The translations under genes were made by a program, and so were the position numbers. The notes under the pieces are model-generated. The model worked only from the letters and a program-made list of their open reading frames with translations. It searched no databases and was not told where the DNA came from. Positions 14,070 through 26,960 of a stretch of DNA of 64,000 nucleotides are shown here, piece after piece; within the stretch, counting starts at the first letter, position 1, and every line of letters starts with the position of its first letter. Source of the stretch: Chiloscyllium plagiosum (Eukaryota); contig NC_057719.1 of assembly GCF_004010195.1 (NCBI RefSeq), positions 9,395,804-9,459,803 on the forward strand, written 5' to 3'.

Positions 14070-14409
14070 TAGAGTCATAGAGATGCACAGGACAGAAACA
14101 GACCCTTCAGTCCAACTCGTCCATGCCGACCAGATATCCTAAACTAATCTAGTCCCATTTTCCAGCACTTGGCCCACATCCCTCTAAACCCTTCCTATTC
14201 ATATACCCATCCAGGTGCCTTTTAAATGTTGTATCTGAACCTACCTCTATCACTTCCACTGATCGCTCGTTCCATACGTGCACCACCCTCTGCATGAAAA
14301 GGTTGTTCCTTAGGTCCCTTTTAAAATTTTCCCTTCTCATCCTAAACCTGTGTCCTCTAGTTCTGGATTCCCCCACCCCAGGGAAAAGACCTTGTAAATT
14401 TACCCTATC
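14070..14409 (-). mobile_element. CR1/HER1 LINE 3' fragment
   Basis: ORF 14149..14376 plus tail. Confidence 0.9.
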
Positions 14410-15763
14410 TGAATACTTTGAACAAAGACAGTTTCACAACGTATGGTGTTCATCACAATATTCCAAAGAGCTTCATACCTGCTGCAGTAGTCCTTGAAGA
14501 GAAAATCCATAGTAAATCAGGAAACACAGTTGCCAACTGGCACCTCCTCACTACAACAACAGGATAATGCAAGGTGTGGGTGAGGGGGAGGATTTTTAAC
14601 CTACTAAAATAGACAGTTTTCGGTCAAGTAAAGATGTACAGTCTGGAAAGTCTATTTCACAACCCTCATTGTTGTTCAGATTTTCAACTTAGGTGTTCAT
14701 GAGCAAGATTCCATCATGACCATTGAGAACTTGGCTGATTCTTGAAGTCAGTGTCTTTGCCTCTGGCTCATGGATCTAGGACCCTGCTTCAGAAGGCTCA
14801 ATATTAGATTCTGTGGAACAGGGACATGAACTTACTAACTCGTACCTTGGGGGAAAGAATGCTGTCACCGATCCATGGCTAACTCTGCCATTAAAACTAA
14901 CTAACAGACACAGAACTGTCTTTACCATTTGTGATGGGAATGTTAAACAAGGACTGAATTACTGCTCTGAGATTTCAAACAACATCCTCTAATGGGATAT
15001 TCCAACTGCTTTTGATTTAAATGCAAGGCATTTACTTTTAATATGCCTGAAATGATTTCCAGGGAATTCAGGGATCATGAATATAAACTGTCTCTCAATT
15101 TTAAAACATCAGTTGGATGCAAATTGAACCATTGCCAAACAACATCAGCAAAGTTTAGAATTTTACTGTCTCAAATCTGCATCAGGACAGTGTCATGAGA
15201 ATTTTCCTGGCTGTTAGACTCACTGGGTTCACAGAATGTTAACCAATTAGCACTCCAACATGAAAATCAAATGTGTCCCACTCTGAAACATTTTCTACTG
15301 GTTGAAATCAGGACTGAACACACCTACTATCGGCTAACATCCTTCTTTCTTGAGAGATGAACAAAGGAACGTTGCTTGCCTTTCATTTATGCCTTATCCT
15401 GGCCATGTATGCGCTTCTTAAAACAATTGTGGTGCCATGGAAAGTGAATATACGGACTTCGTTGTCACCTGTACATACAGGAAATTCCCATTGTAATCCA
15501 TCATACAATTACTGTCCATGCTAAATATGATATCAAACATAATTACACAAAATGTATTGTATGCTGTATACATGCACAAAGGGCTGAAATGGACCTCCTT
15601 CTGTCTTGTACCATTCCATAATGGTCACCAACTCCTCAATCAAGGAAGGATCTAGAAAGAATGCAGATTCAGATCATGGCATCACTGGAGATTACAAACT
15701 CATATAGGTGCAGGATGAAGAACAAATTAGTGATCACGACTGTCATTTCACACACCTTGAACA

Positions 15764-16081
15764 AATCATAGAATCTCTACAGTGTGGAAACATGCCATTC
15801 AGCCCATTGAATCCACACTGACCCTCCGAAGAGCATCCCACCCCTAACCCTGTATTTTTCCAATGGCTGATCCACCTCGCTTGCACATCCTTGGACACAA
15901 TGGGGCAATTCAGGATGGCCAATCCACCCTAACCTGTACACCTTTGGGCAGTAGGAGGGAACCGGAGCACCCGAAGGAAACCCATGCTGACATGGAGAGT
16001 ACATGCAATCACCCGAGTGTGGAATCAAATCCAGGTCCCTGGCACTGTGAGGCAGCAGTGCTAACCACTGAGCCACCATCC
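15764..16081 (-). mobile_element. HE1-type V-SINE (tRNA-derived)
   Basis: Head gtggctcagtggttagcactgctgcctcacag, V-domain core gggtttccttcgggtgctccggtt, CR1-shared tail ctgtagagattctatga. Confidence 0.9.
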
Positions 16082-16817
16082 TAATGGATGAAATAGAAGC
16101 ATTGCAGTTTGCACTGATTCATAGTGATGAAGGATATAGGGAGAGTAGCTACGAATGATACGCATGTTACTTTACCAATGTCAACTCCTACATTTATTGT
16201 CACGCTGTACAAAGGGAGAGGTACTGGGGCCAACGTATGAGTCAGGGAATGACAGGGCAAACAAGCAACAAGGTGTTCACTGAGAAAGAAGGCTAATTCG
16301 ATCACTGAACTTGATAGCCCGAAGAAAGAAAAACACAGAGATGAAGGTATTCAGTTGTCAGAATGAAACAGCCTGACAGCTGTTGCTAAGAAACAAGCTA
16401 ACAGAGTCTTCAACTCACAATCTGAATAGATGTTTTCAACTGACACCACCTTACATCCAGAGTTAACAAATTACATTGTGCAGGATGTGCAAGAGGGAAA
16501 AAGGGCTGTGTGTCAGAACATAAATTTCAGTTACCCTTCCATGTCAGGACCCTGCATGTTTCTACTTATGCAGAGCAATCTTAGAAAGTCGCATGAACTG
16601 TGGTAGACAGAGGGGCATTTGATTTGATTCCGCTGTGAGTCAGCACTGAGTCTGTATCGTCAGTAGTTATATCAATGTGATTTCAATAGGATCAGCCAAC
16701 ATAAAGGCCATTTTGCAGATGTAATTCCAGTATATGCCTCTCTTGATCAACCAGGAAATTAGGCATTTCCCTCTAATAAATACGCAATTTCTCCTCCAAC
16801 CATCCTGACTGGGAAAT

Positions 16818-17014
16818 ATATCACCGCTCCTTCACTGTCGCTGGGTCAAAATCCTTGAACTCCATCTCTATGTGTATTGTTGGTCAACCTACAGCACATG
16901 GATGGCAGTGGTTCAAGATGGAAACTCACCACCATCTTCTCAAGGGCAATTAGGAACAGGCAATAAATGCAGACCCAGCCAGCGATACCTACATCCCACG
17001 AGTTAATAAAATAA
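16818..17014 (+). mobile_element. LINE 3' tail of the type shared with DeuSINEs
   Basis: ...gttcaagatggaaactcaccaccatcttctcaagggcaattagg...aataaatgc; similar to 26245-26390 and 46925-47075. Confidence 0.6.
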
Positions 17015-17929
17015 ATGCTGGTCTGTAGCATAAACATTGGGATAAACCAATTGGGACAAGTGGCCTTTCAGTGTACTGCAAAAGTCATTGCAATACTCTG
17101 GTATTGCCAGGATAAGGCAGCTGGCTTTAGCAGGGAGGAACACAGGTCTCATGCGCTTGATAATTCAGACTCCAGAAGTGTCAAATGCAAAAATGTGCAT
17201 TGTGAAAGTCCTGACGAAACATCACCACCTGAGCAACTGAATTAGACAGGTCTTAACAACCGTTAACACACTGCTTCTGAAACTGAATATATTTGTGTCA
17301 CACTGCACATTTGCCTCCACTGGTTTGGAGGTCTCATCCTGTGAATCTGCCTGCCATTTCATTCTTCCCGATGAATATTTGTGTGTGTGTGTGTTGCAAA
17401 GCTGCTGATTGCTCTCCATACAGCGAGAGGACAGACAGAAGCTGCTTTGTACAAAATCGAAACACTCAGTGAATAATTCAGCAGACAGGAAGGAAGGCAG
17501 AAAGGCACCAAGGAATAAAAGGTTTGCATTTCAGTAAATCAGAGGTTTATATGTCAGTCCCCAAAGTTCCCTTTCCAACTCTCCATAACCAGCACACAAA
17601 CACTCACTCACTCACATGTGTATACATATTTGCTCACTCGCACACTGGGCAGTTGAAAGCTTAAAGTGCACATTGACAAAAGTCCAGGACCTTCGATACA
17701 TAACCTACAATTAGACAGCTGATTACAGCAAGGCTGGACTAATTTCTGTTTGGAGAAGGGAAAAGAAAAGTCTATCAGAAACTGTCTGCTTTAGCTGTGG
17801 GAAATAGACCGAGATGGATATGAACACAAGCTCAGTGATGAACACTGAAGATAAAAAACTAATAAATTCCCACACAAATAAATACAACCCACCTGGGCAA
17901 AGAATCGAGGGACGGCCAATCCTGTGAAA

Positions 17930-18565
17930 TTGTACTTCTGTACAGTCTGTGTTCTGATACTGTACCCTAGTACGGCCTGTGCTATGATACTGTACCCTAG
18001 TGCAGTCTGTGCTCTGATAATGTACCCAGTATGGCCTGTGCTATGATACTCTACCCCAGTGCAGTCTGTGCTCTGATAATGTACCCAGTATGGCCTGTGC
18101 TCTGATACCGCACCCCAAAACAGTCTGCACTCTGATACTGTACCCCAGTACAGTCTGTGATCTGATACTGTACGCCAGTATGGCCAATGCTCTGATACGA
18201 TACCCCAGTACAGTCTGTGCTCTGATACTGTACCACAGTACAGTCTGTGCTCTGATACTATACCCCAGTACAGTCTGTGCTCTGATACTGTACCACAGTA
18301 CAGTCTGTGCTCTGATACTATACCCCAGAATGGCCAGTGCTCTGATATGGTACCCCAATACTGTCTGTGCTCTGATACTATACCCCAGAATGGCCTGTGC
18401 TCTGATACTGTATCTCAGTACAGTCTGCACTCTGATACCGTACCCCAGTACGGCCAATGCTTTAATATTTTACCCCAGTACAATCTGTGCTCTGATACTG
18501 TACCCCAGTGCAGCAGCTGGTGCTCTGACTCTATACCTCAGTACAGCCACTGCTGTGACATTGTA
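17930..18565. repeat. 30-bp minisatellite, about 21 copies
   Basis: Unit ctgtaccccagtacagtctgtgctctgata with variants. Confidence 0.97.
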
Positions 18566-19679
18566 GCCTAAAGAATAAAGTGAGAATGTAAGCCAGAACA
18601 ACCATGAACCCCAGCTGGGATGTGCCGGAAGTTTTGGTCATTCAGTTTGACCAAAGAGAACAACTGGATATTTTCTTCGATAATAGAAATTGGAATAAGG
18701 AAAGCAACATATGGAATGTTACATTATGCATAAGCTTCTAATTTTTGTTTGCATCTGTTTTCAAATTGTTTTACTTTCCCACCTCCCACTTGTCTTCTCC
18801 TGTCATTGAGATACCACACACCACAACCCACATGAAGGAACATGCAAGTTACCTCGCTCCAGAGTTCTTTAAACATGCTCTCACATTGAGAAATCTCCTT
18901 GTCTGTGGACCCTCAATGATCCAGCTGCCATACACAATGATGTTTGTGACTGATGGGGGTCAGATAACTTGGATATCTGACCTATTGTATCCCAGCATCA
19001 TTATCAATCCCACATTAATCCTGCAACAGTTTTCCGATGAATGGAAGTGACAGACACTGCCTGATTGCCCAGACACCCAGCAGAGCCATAGTTTCCACAG
19101 AAAGCCAAGCCAATACAGCTTAGACAGAGGCTCTTCAACCCATCGCCTTTGTGCCCGGCTCTCTGAATGAACTTCTTACTTGGCGCCATTCTCCCATTTT
19201 CTCTCCATTAACCTGCACATTGTTCCTTTTTTAAACAACTGACTAACTTCCATCTGAAAGCCTCAATTGAAACTGCCTTCAACCACACTCACAGGCAGCT
19301 CATTCCGGACCCTCACCTCTCAATGCATGCAGAACTTGGCACTTTGGCCTTTTTGTTCCAACTGTTTCCTATCAGTCCCCTCCCATTCTCAATCCTTTCA
19401 TGATTGGGAACTGCGTCTCTCTCTGTTCACTCTGTACTGTCCCCTCATCAGTTTGAAAATTTTAGTCAGATCCTATCCTAGTTCTTCTCCACTCCAGAGA
19501 AACCGGCCTTAACATCTCCAATCTACCTTCATTGCTGAAATTCCTCATCCTGTAAAACTCTATACTGTCCAATTTCCAGCTTAGGCCAAACTAGTATCCA
19601 ACACCAGCTCCTTGCTTTTTTACTCTATGCCATTATTAATAAAGTCTAGGATATTGTTTGCTTTACTAAAGCTCCACCA

Positions 19680-20020
19680 ATAGAATCATAGAATCTCTAC
19701 AGTGTGAAAGCAGGCCATTTGGCCTACTGGGTCCACACCAACCCTCCAGAGAGCAACCCACCCAAACCCTGTAATCCCGCATTCACTGTGGCTAACCCAC
19801 CTAGCCTGTGCATCCCTGTACACTATGGGCAATTTTGCATGGCCCATCCACTTGACCTGCACATCTTTGGACTGTGGGAGGAAACCGGAGCACCCGGAGG
19901 AAACCCACGCAGACATGGGGAGAATGCGCAAACTCCACACAGTCACTTGAGGGTGAAATTGATCCCAGGTCCCTGACGCTGTGAGGTAACAGTGCTAACC
20001 GCTGAGCCACCATGCCACCC
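19680..20020 (-). mobile_element. HE1-type V-SINE, full length
   Basis: tRNA-like head with A/B boxes, V core, CR1-like tail. Confidence 0.92.
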
Positions 20021-20029
20021 TTAACTCCA

Positions 20030-20495
20030 AAGATTCCAGAGTTAATGGAGTTGATTTATGAGGAGAGATTGAGTAGTCTGGGGCTATATTCTTTGGACTT
20101 TAGAAGAATGTGGGAGTGATCTCATGGAAACATACAAAATTATAAAGGGAATAGATATGATAGAAGCAGGGAGGTGGAAAGCGGCGGGTGAAACTAGAAA
20201 TAGGGGGCATAGGCTCAGACTAAGGGGAAGCAGATTTAGGATTGAGTTGAGGAGGAACATCTTCACCCAAAGGGTCATGAATCTGTGGAATTCCTCACCC
20301 AGTGAAGCAGTTGAGGCTATATCATGGGATGTTTTTAAGGCAAAGACAGATTTTTCAACAGCAAAGGAATTAAGGGTTATGGTAAGCGGGTGGGTAAGTG
20401 GAGCTGAATCCATAAAAAGATCAGTTACGAACTTGCTGAATGGTGCAGCAGGTTTGAGGGGCCAAATGGCCTACTCCTGTTCCTATTTCTTATGT
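20030..20495 (+). mobile_element. CR1 LINE 3' fragment
   Basis: METYKIIKGID...RNIFTQRVMNLWNS; tail ctactcctgttcctatttcttatg. Confidence 0.88.
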
Positions 20496-20839
20496 TATTT
20501 TCAGCCAATGATGTCCTGCCCACTTTAATACTTTATGCGTCTACTAAACACAGATCCCTCTGCTCCTGTATCCCTTCGGAGTTGGATCTTTTATTTTCTA
20601 TCATCCCTCCATGTTCTTCCTCCCAAAATGAATCATGTGATATCTCCCTACATTGTACCTAATCTGGTACTGTCTCACCACTTTAAAGGCTCGGATTGCC
20701 CTTCTGAAGTTCTATACCACCCTCCTCACAGTTTTCACAATATTTCCAGGTTTCACATCATCTACAAAGACTAAGATGACATTTCAATGCTGCTGGAACA
20801 GTGACATGAGTAATCATGCATTGGATCTGAGAAGAGAGA

Positions 20840-21107
20840 ATCATACAATCCATAGAATCAAAGCATACTGTGGAAACAGGCCCTTCGGCCCAACAAATCC
20901 ACACCGACCCGCTGAAGAGTAACCCACCCAGACCATTACTCTACATTTACCCCTTACTATTGCGGAGAAAGTGAGGTCTGCAGATGCTGGAGATCAGAGA
21001 TGGAAATGTGGACCTGCTGCGCTTTTCCAGCAACACATTTCCATCCCTTACTATTGCACCTAACCCACACACCCTTGAAACCTATGGGCACTTTTAGCAT
21101 GGCCAAT
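20840..21107 (-). mobile_element. HE1 SINE 3' part, interrupted by a PLE-derived insert
   Basis: HE1 3' sequence resumes after the duplicated cccttactattgc. Confidence 0.8.
20964..21044 (-). mobile_element. PLE pLTR-derived short insertion (family A) with inverted end and 13-bp TSD
   Basis: TSD cccttactattgc at 20951-20963 and 21045-21057; atggaaatgtg...cacatttccat fold-back. Confidence 0.85.
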
Positions 21108-21409
21108 GTGTGTACATTGCTGTGTGTCTGGAGTCACATGTGCAGCAGACCAGGTGTGGATGGCAGATTTCCTTCCCTGGAGGACGTTAGTGTCCCAGTT
21201 GGGTTTTTCTGCCAATTGGCAATGGTTTAATGGTCTTCAAGAGAAGGAGCAGCCAATACAGGAGAGGGGTGTACCACCTGACAGAATGAAATGCACGGGT
21301 GTGTAAGTAAAGGGAGTTTTGCAGAACCCAATCGGAATCACTCTGAGGCAGAGGCAGCATCCAGTTGCCAGAGAGACGTCCAAATAGGACCAAATGTTGT
21401 AATGCAAAG

Positions 21410-22280
21410 AATTGAGGGGTGACTTTATAGAGATTTATAGAATCATGAGGGGCATGGATAGGAGTTGGGAGGTCATGTTGCAGCTGTACAGGATGTTGGT
21501 TCAGCCACTTTTGGAGAATTGCGTGCAAATCTGCTCTCCCTCCTATAGGAAGGATATTGTGAAATTTGAAGGAGTTTCAGAAAAGATTTACAAGGATGTT
21601 GCTGGGGTTGGAGGATTTGAGCTATAAGGAGAGGCTGAAAAGGCTGGGGCTATTTTCCCTGGAGCATCGGAGGCTGAAGGATGACCTCAGTTTATAAAAT
21701 CATGAGAGGCATGGATAGGGTGAACAGACAAAGTCTTTTCCCTGGGCTGGGGGAGTCCAGAACTAGAGGGCATAGCTTTAAAGTGAAAGGGAAAAGAGTT
21801 AGCAGGGAGCTAAGGAGCAACGTTTTCATACAGAGGAATGGTGCGCATATGAAATGAGTTGCCAGAGGAACTGGTACAGTAACAATGTTTAAAAGGCATC
21901 TTGATGGGCATTTGAATAGAAAGGGGTTAGAGGGATATGGGCCAAAAGTTGGCACATGGGACTAGATTTATTTCGGATATCTGGTCGGCTTGGCCGAGTT
22001 GGACCAAAAGGTCTGTTTCTGTGCTGTACGTTGCTAAAACCCTCCGACCCTGCACACCAAAGTCTAAATTGCGAATATATATTGGGAAAAGCTGCTAGAG
22101 GAAGTGGAGGAGGCTGGTACAATTATAACATTTACAAAAATATCTGGATGGGTATATGAATAAGAAGGCTGTATGGGATATGGGCCAAGTGCTGGAAAAT
22201 GGGACTAGGTCAGATTTGGATGTGTGGTCGGCATGGACGAATTGAACCGAAGGGACTCTTTCTATGCTGTACAGTTCTCT
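21410..22280 (+). mobile_element. Two adjacent CR1 3' fragments (about 21410-22030 and 22090-22280)
   Basis: LYRMLVQPLLENCVQ..., FFIQR, and two 3' UTRs. Confidence 0.85.
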
Positions 22281-22871
22281 GACATACGCCTGGAAATCTT
22301 CACTTCAAAACCTTCCTCCAACACAAAGGATGTCCATTAACTATTCTGTTTCCTGTCACACATGCAATTCTGTATCCATGTTGATATTTTCCTTTTTATT
22401 CCTTGAGCTATAACTTTGCTCATAGGCACTGTATCAAAAACATTCTACATTTATACATCATCTGTACACCTCATCCACGACACTGCCCTCAACAATTCTA
22501 CCTGTTACCTCTTCAAAAAGCTCCAGCGAGTTTGTTAAACATAATTTTCCCTTATGTTGGCTTTTCTGCCCAAAATCACACTTGTCCTTGGGACTTCTAA
22601 TTTCGTCACAAACAGTTATTTATCTTGCAGTTTCTCCACCCCCAGGAAGTTAGGTCTACCAGCCTGTAGTTACTGCCATCATTATCAATCCCACAACATT
22701 GCCATCATTTTCTGACTAATCTAAGTGACTGGCAGCATCAGATAACTTGGACATCAGTATTCCTGCCATTATTACCAATATTCCTGGTGCCTGTGGAACT
22801 GCACTGCCAGGTGTGATAGGATTTCAGGGTAGGAGCATGTGACAGGGACTAAGGTGAGAACCACTTAAATA

Positions 22872-23330
22872 ACATACATACACACGCAGATACAAGTATG
22901 TGCGCATGCACACACTCACCCCACACACAGACCAGACATGCGTGCACACACAGACACATGCACACATGTACACACACACTCTTTCTCACACACTAGTACA
23001 CACATACACACAGATGTACACATGCACATAGACAAACACATACACACATACAGATGTGAATGCACACACGCACAGACACATGCATTGACACACAGAAAGA
23101 GATACACACATATGCACACCCATATGTATACATAGACACAGTCAAACACATACATAGGCATATATGCAGACAGCAGGCACAGACAAAGAGTGATGCATGT
23201 GTAAGCAGATATGTACAGAGATATATAGATGCAGACATACACACATTCACACATAAAGCCATATCGATGCACTTACACGCACCAACTCATAAATACGTAC
23301 AAGACACACACTTTTTCTCTCTCAGACACA
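22872..23330. repeat. Degenerate (CA)n/(TA)n low-complexity tract
   Basis: Alternating purine-pyrimidine sequence such as acacacagacacatgcacacatgta. Confidence 0.95.
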
Positions 23331-24346
23331 CAATTATAACAAACAGAACATTAATCTATGGCCAATGAAAGGTAAGGAGAATGAAATTAGTGTAAATGAA
23401 GAGCTATTAAAGAGCCAGCATCAGCAGAGAGATAAATGGTCTCTACAATGTAATTACAGTGACTACAGAAACAGAGGGAGAAATTTCCTCTTTCTGTGAC
23501 GAAATTATTTCTGCCTGTTGAGTCTGCATTATTTCCAAGAGAAACCTAGTTAGTCACTTTGCTCCCACCTCATCCCTGATTGCATCTTCTGTATAAATAG
23601 GTCAGCCACGTTTGGAATTACACAGCAGTGGAACAAGTGGACCATTCGGCCCCTTAAGCCTGTGCTGGTATTTATGCTGTTCTTGCGCCTCCTCCCATCA
23701 TGCTCTTGTGTCACAGTGGCAGTATCCTACATCTAGGCTAGAAGATCTTGGTTAAAATCCAACTTACTCAGAGATTGTCATAACACTAGCAGGACTCTTG
23801 CAGGGGGCTGAGGTTGTTTCCCTACCTCCAAATCGAGAGACCTGGGTTCAAGTCCCACCTGCCCCAGAGGTATGTAATAACAACTCTGACCAGGATGATT
23901 AGAAAAATAGGTGACCTCACGGTAACATCCAAGCATTCACACAGCCCCTCTCAATTTTGATTTTCTGTAGAATGTACAGGGATAAACTCTTGTTACTGTA
24001 CTCAATGCTTCTGACCCCAACCAAGTGATATACTGAAATCTGCGTTTTGGGATTCTCGAGAAGTTCCACTGACGTGAAGCATGCTGTGGGCTTGCTGCCA
24101 TGTGCCTATTTGTTTAATTACAAACTGCTTCCAAACTAATTGAGAATTCAATGTTGTTGTCATGCGGCTCCCCAGGTAATTGAATATGAATTCCAGGTAA
24201 CAATGCCCCTATCACATCAGCTGCCATCAACACAACAGCTTTGTGCCTGATGGTGTAATTACCTGGATTTTCTATTTGCAAGATGCCATCTGCTTTTAGA
24301 GCACAAACCTCAAACTAGAAACAGGATTAGGCCTATCAGTCCCACG

Positions 24347-24495
24347 AGGAGACATTGAGGTCTGCAGATGCTGGAGATCAGAGTTGAGAGTGTGTTGCCG
24401 GAAAAGCACAGCAGGTCAGGCAGCATCCAAGGAGCAGGAAAATTGGCGTTTCGGATAGAGCCCTTCATCCTGCTCCTTGGATGCTGCCTGACCTG
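24347..24495 (-). mobile_element. PLE pLTR-derived insertion (family A) with inverted end and 14-bp TSD
   Basis: TSD ctatcagtcccacg at 24333-24346 and 24496-24509; gcaggtcaggcagcatccaaggagcagga is mirrored by tcctgctccttggatgctgcctgacctgc. Confidence 0.88.
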
Positions 24496-24674
24496 CTATC
24501 AGTCCCACGTGGCTTCTTGCTTATTTGATCAGATGATGGCATAATCTGACTGTGCCCTTACTCTCTTTTCTAATCCTATATCCTTTGCCAACCTTGCCAA
24601 TTTACCCAAATCATACTTAAAAGAGATTGTTTTCCTTTCAGAAATTATTTTCAAGCCAGTGCTGATGCATTTTT

Positions 24675-24982
24675 AGATTAGATTAGATTCCCTACAGTGT
24701 GGAAACAGGCCCTTTGGCCCAACTAGTCCACATTGACCCTCCGACAAGTAACCCACCCAGACCCATTTCCCTCTTGACTTATGCACGTAACACTATGGGC
24801 AATTTAGCATGGCCAATTCACCTGACTTGCACATCTTTAGACTGTGGGAGGAAACCGGAGCACCAGGAGGAAACCCACGTAGACACTGGGAGAATGTGCA
24901 AACTCCACACAGACAGTCGCCCAAGGCTGGAATCAAACCTGGCACCTTGGCGCTGTGCTAACCACTGAGCCACCATGCCACC
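24675..24982 (-). mobile_element. HE1-type V-SINE
   Basis: Head, V core and (aatct)n tail. Confidence 0.9.
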
Positions 24983-25277
24983 CCTTTGTTCCACACTCAA
25001 TGCAATGTCAGTATTTTCTAATCAATCTGCTCAGAGATGGCATTAACATACCTCTGGAGCAACTGGGACTTGAATCTGAGTCACCGAGCTCAGAGGGGCA
25101 CACCAATACTGTACGACAGGGCCCCTCTGTGCCACAAGTGAAGATTACTCAATTATCTGGCCTCCATTGTTCTCTGGGAAGAGAATTCTATAGACAAACA
25201 ACCCTCGAAGAGAGAAAAATTATATCTGTCTTAAAAGGGAGACCCCTATTTTTAAATTGGTTTCCTAGTTTTCTTCG

Positions 25278-25562
25278 AATAGATTCCGTACAGTGTGGAA
25301 ACAGGCCCTTCGGTCCAACAAGTCTTCACCGGCCCTCCGAACAATAACCCACTCCCCCTACCCTATATTTACCCCAATTTAGCTTGGCTAATTGATCTGA
25401 CCTGCACATCTTTGGACTGTGGGAGGAAACTGGAGCACCAGGAGGAAACCCACGCAGTCACAGGGAGAATGTGCAAACTCCACACAGGCAGTCGCCCGAG
25501 GCTGGAATTGAACCTGGGTCCCTGGCACTAGGAGGCAGCAGTGCTAATCACTGAGCCACCAT
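25278..25562 (-). mobile_element. HE1-type V-SINE
   Basis: Same family signature as the other copies. Confidence 0.9.
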
Positions 25563-25579
25563 ACAGCTCCCACTGTACT

Positions 25580-26960
25580 ACAGGACCCCTCTAGTTCTAG
25601 CCTCTCCTACAAGAGGAAACATGCTTTCAGCATCCGCCCTGTCACATTCTCTCAGGTTTTTCGATGTTTCAATAAGTTCATCTTATTCCTTGAACTATGG
25701 GTACAAACCTAACGTATCCACCTTTTCATCACAAGAAAACCCCTTTATCCAAGGATCAATAAAGTAAATCTTCTCTGCATTGCTTCCTATGCAGTTGTAT
25801 CCTTTCTTAAATAAGATGTCCAAAATTGAACTCCAGATGTGATCTCACCAAGGCATGATACAAATGTAGCAAAGCTTTCCTATTTTTATATTCTATTCTC
25901 CTTGCAATAAGGTATATTGCGTTTGTTTTCCTAATCACTTGCTGAATTGGAATACTAACCTTTTGCAAATCATGTACCAGGGCACCCAGAATACACATCT
26001 CTCTCAATTTAAATAATATTCTGCTTTTCAATTTTTCTTACTGGAGTGAACAAGTTCACATTTGCCGACAGTCACCTGCCAAATATTTGCCCACTCAATT
26101 AACCCATCTGTGTTCATTTGCAGATTCCTTATGTTCTCTTCACATGTTATTCTCCTACCTATCCTGTGTCATTTGTAAATTGAGTAGCCATATGTCTGGG
26201 TTATTTTATTCAAATTGTGGGTATAGACTGGAAATTTGGGTCAATATCCTGGAATTCCCTCCCAATCATATTGTGGGTCAATCTGCAGTGGTTCAAGAAG
26301 GCAGATCACCACCACCTTCTCAGGGGTAACGAGAGATGGGCAATAAATGCTGGTCAGTCAGCAACATCCCACAAATGAATAAAAACAACTAATAACCCAG
26401 TATTAATCCCTGTGGATCACTTATTATACTCTGGCAATCCCAAAATCACCCATTTATGACTACTCTCTATTTCCTTCCTCTTTCCACAATTGTATATTTT
26501 CTCCAACAACACAAACTCTAATTTTGTGCACTGCAATTTGATGTGGCACTTTGTCAAGTGCTTTCTTGAAATCTAAGCACATTGCATTCCCATTATCTAC
26601 ATAGCTTGTTATTTCCTCAAACATTTCCAAAATAAAATTTCAAACGTTCCTTTCACAAAACCATGTTGACTCTGCCTTGTATCCCATTAAAACCTCCTTA
26701 ATAATAGAATTGAGCCTTTTGCCTGTGATAGTTGTTTAGCAAAGTGGTCTGTTTCCAATTTTCTCCCTCCTTTCTTGAATAGAGAGCTACATTCATTATT
26801 TTGTAATCGGATGGCGTCTTTCTGGAATTTAGGGAATTTTGGAGAAATTGAGATTTTCTACCTCAGCAGTCACTTCTCATAAAACCTTATAGTGAAGTCC
26901 ATCAAGACCTGGGAACTTGTCAGCTTTCAGTTTTAATAATTTTCTAACTTTCCCTGATGG
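25580..26960 (-). mobile_element. Old CR1 ORF2 fragments, interrupted by a LINE/SINE tail at about 26245-26390
   Basis: IARRIEYKNRKALLHLYHALVRSHLE; LDFKKALDKVPH; QHGFVKG; KFPGLDGLH. Confidence 0.7.

Noticed and set aside
22916..23368. Cys/Val-rich and His/Thr-rich ORFs
   Set aside because: Translations of a (CA)n-type low-complexity tract.
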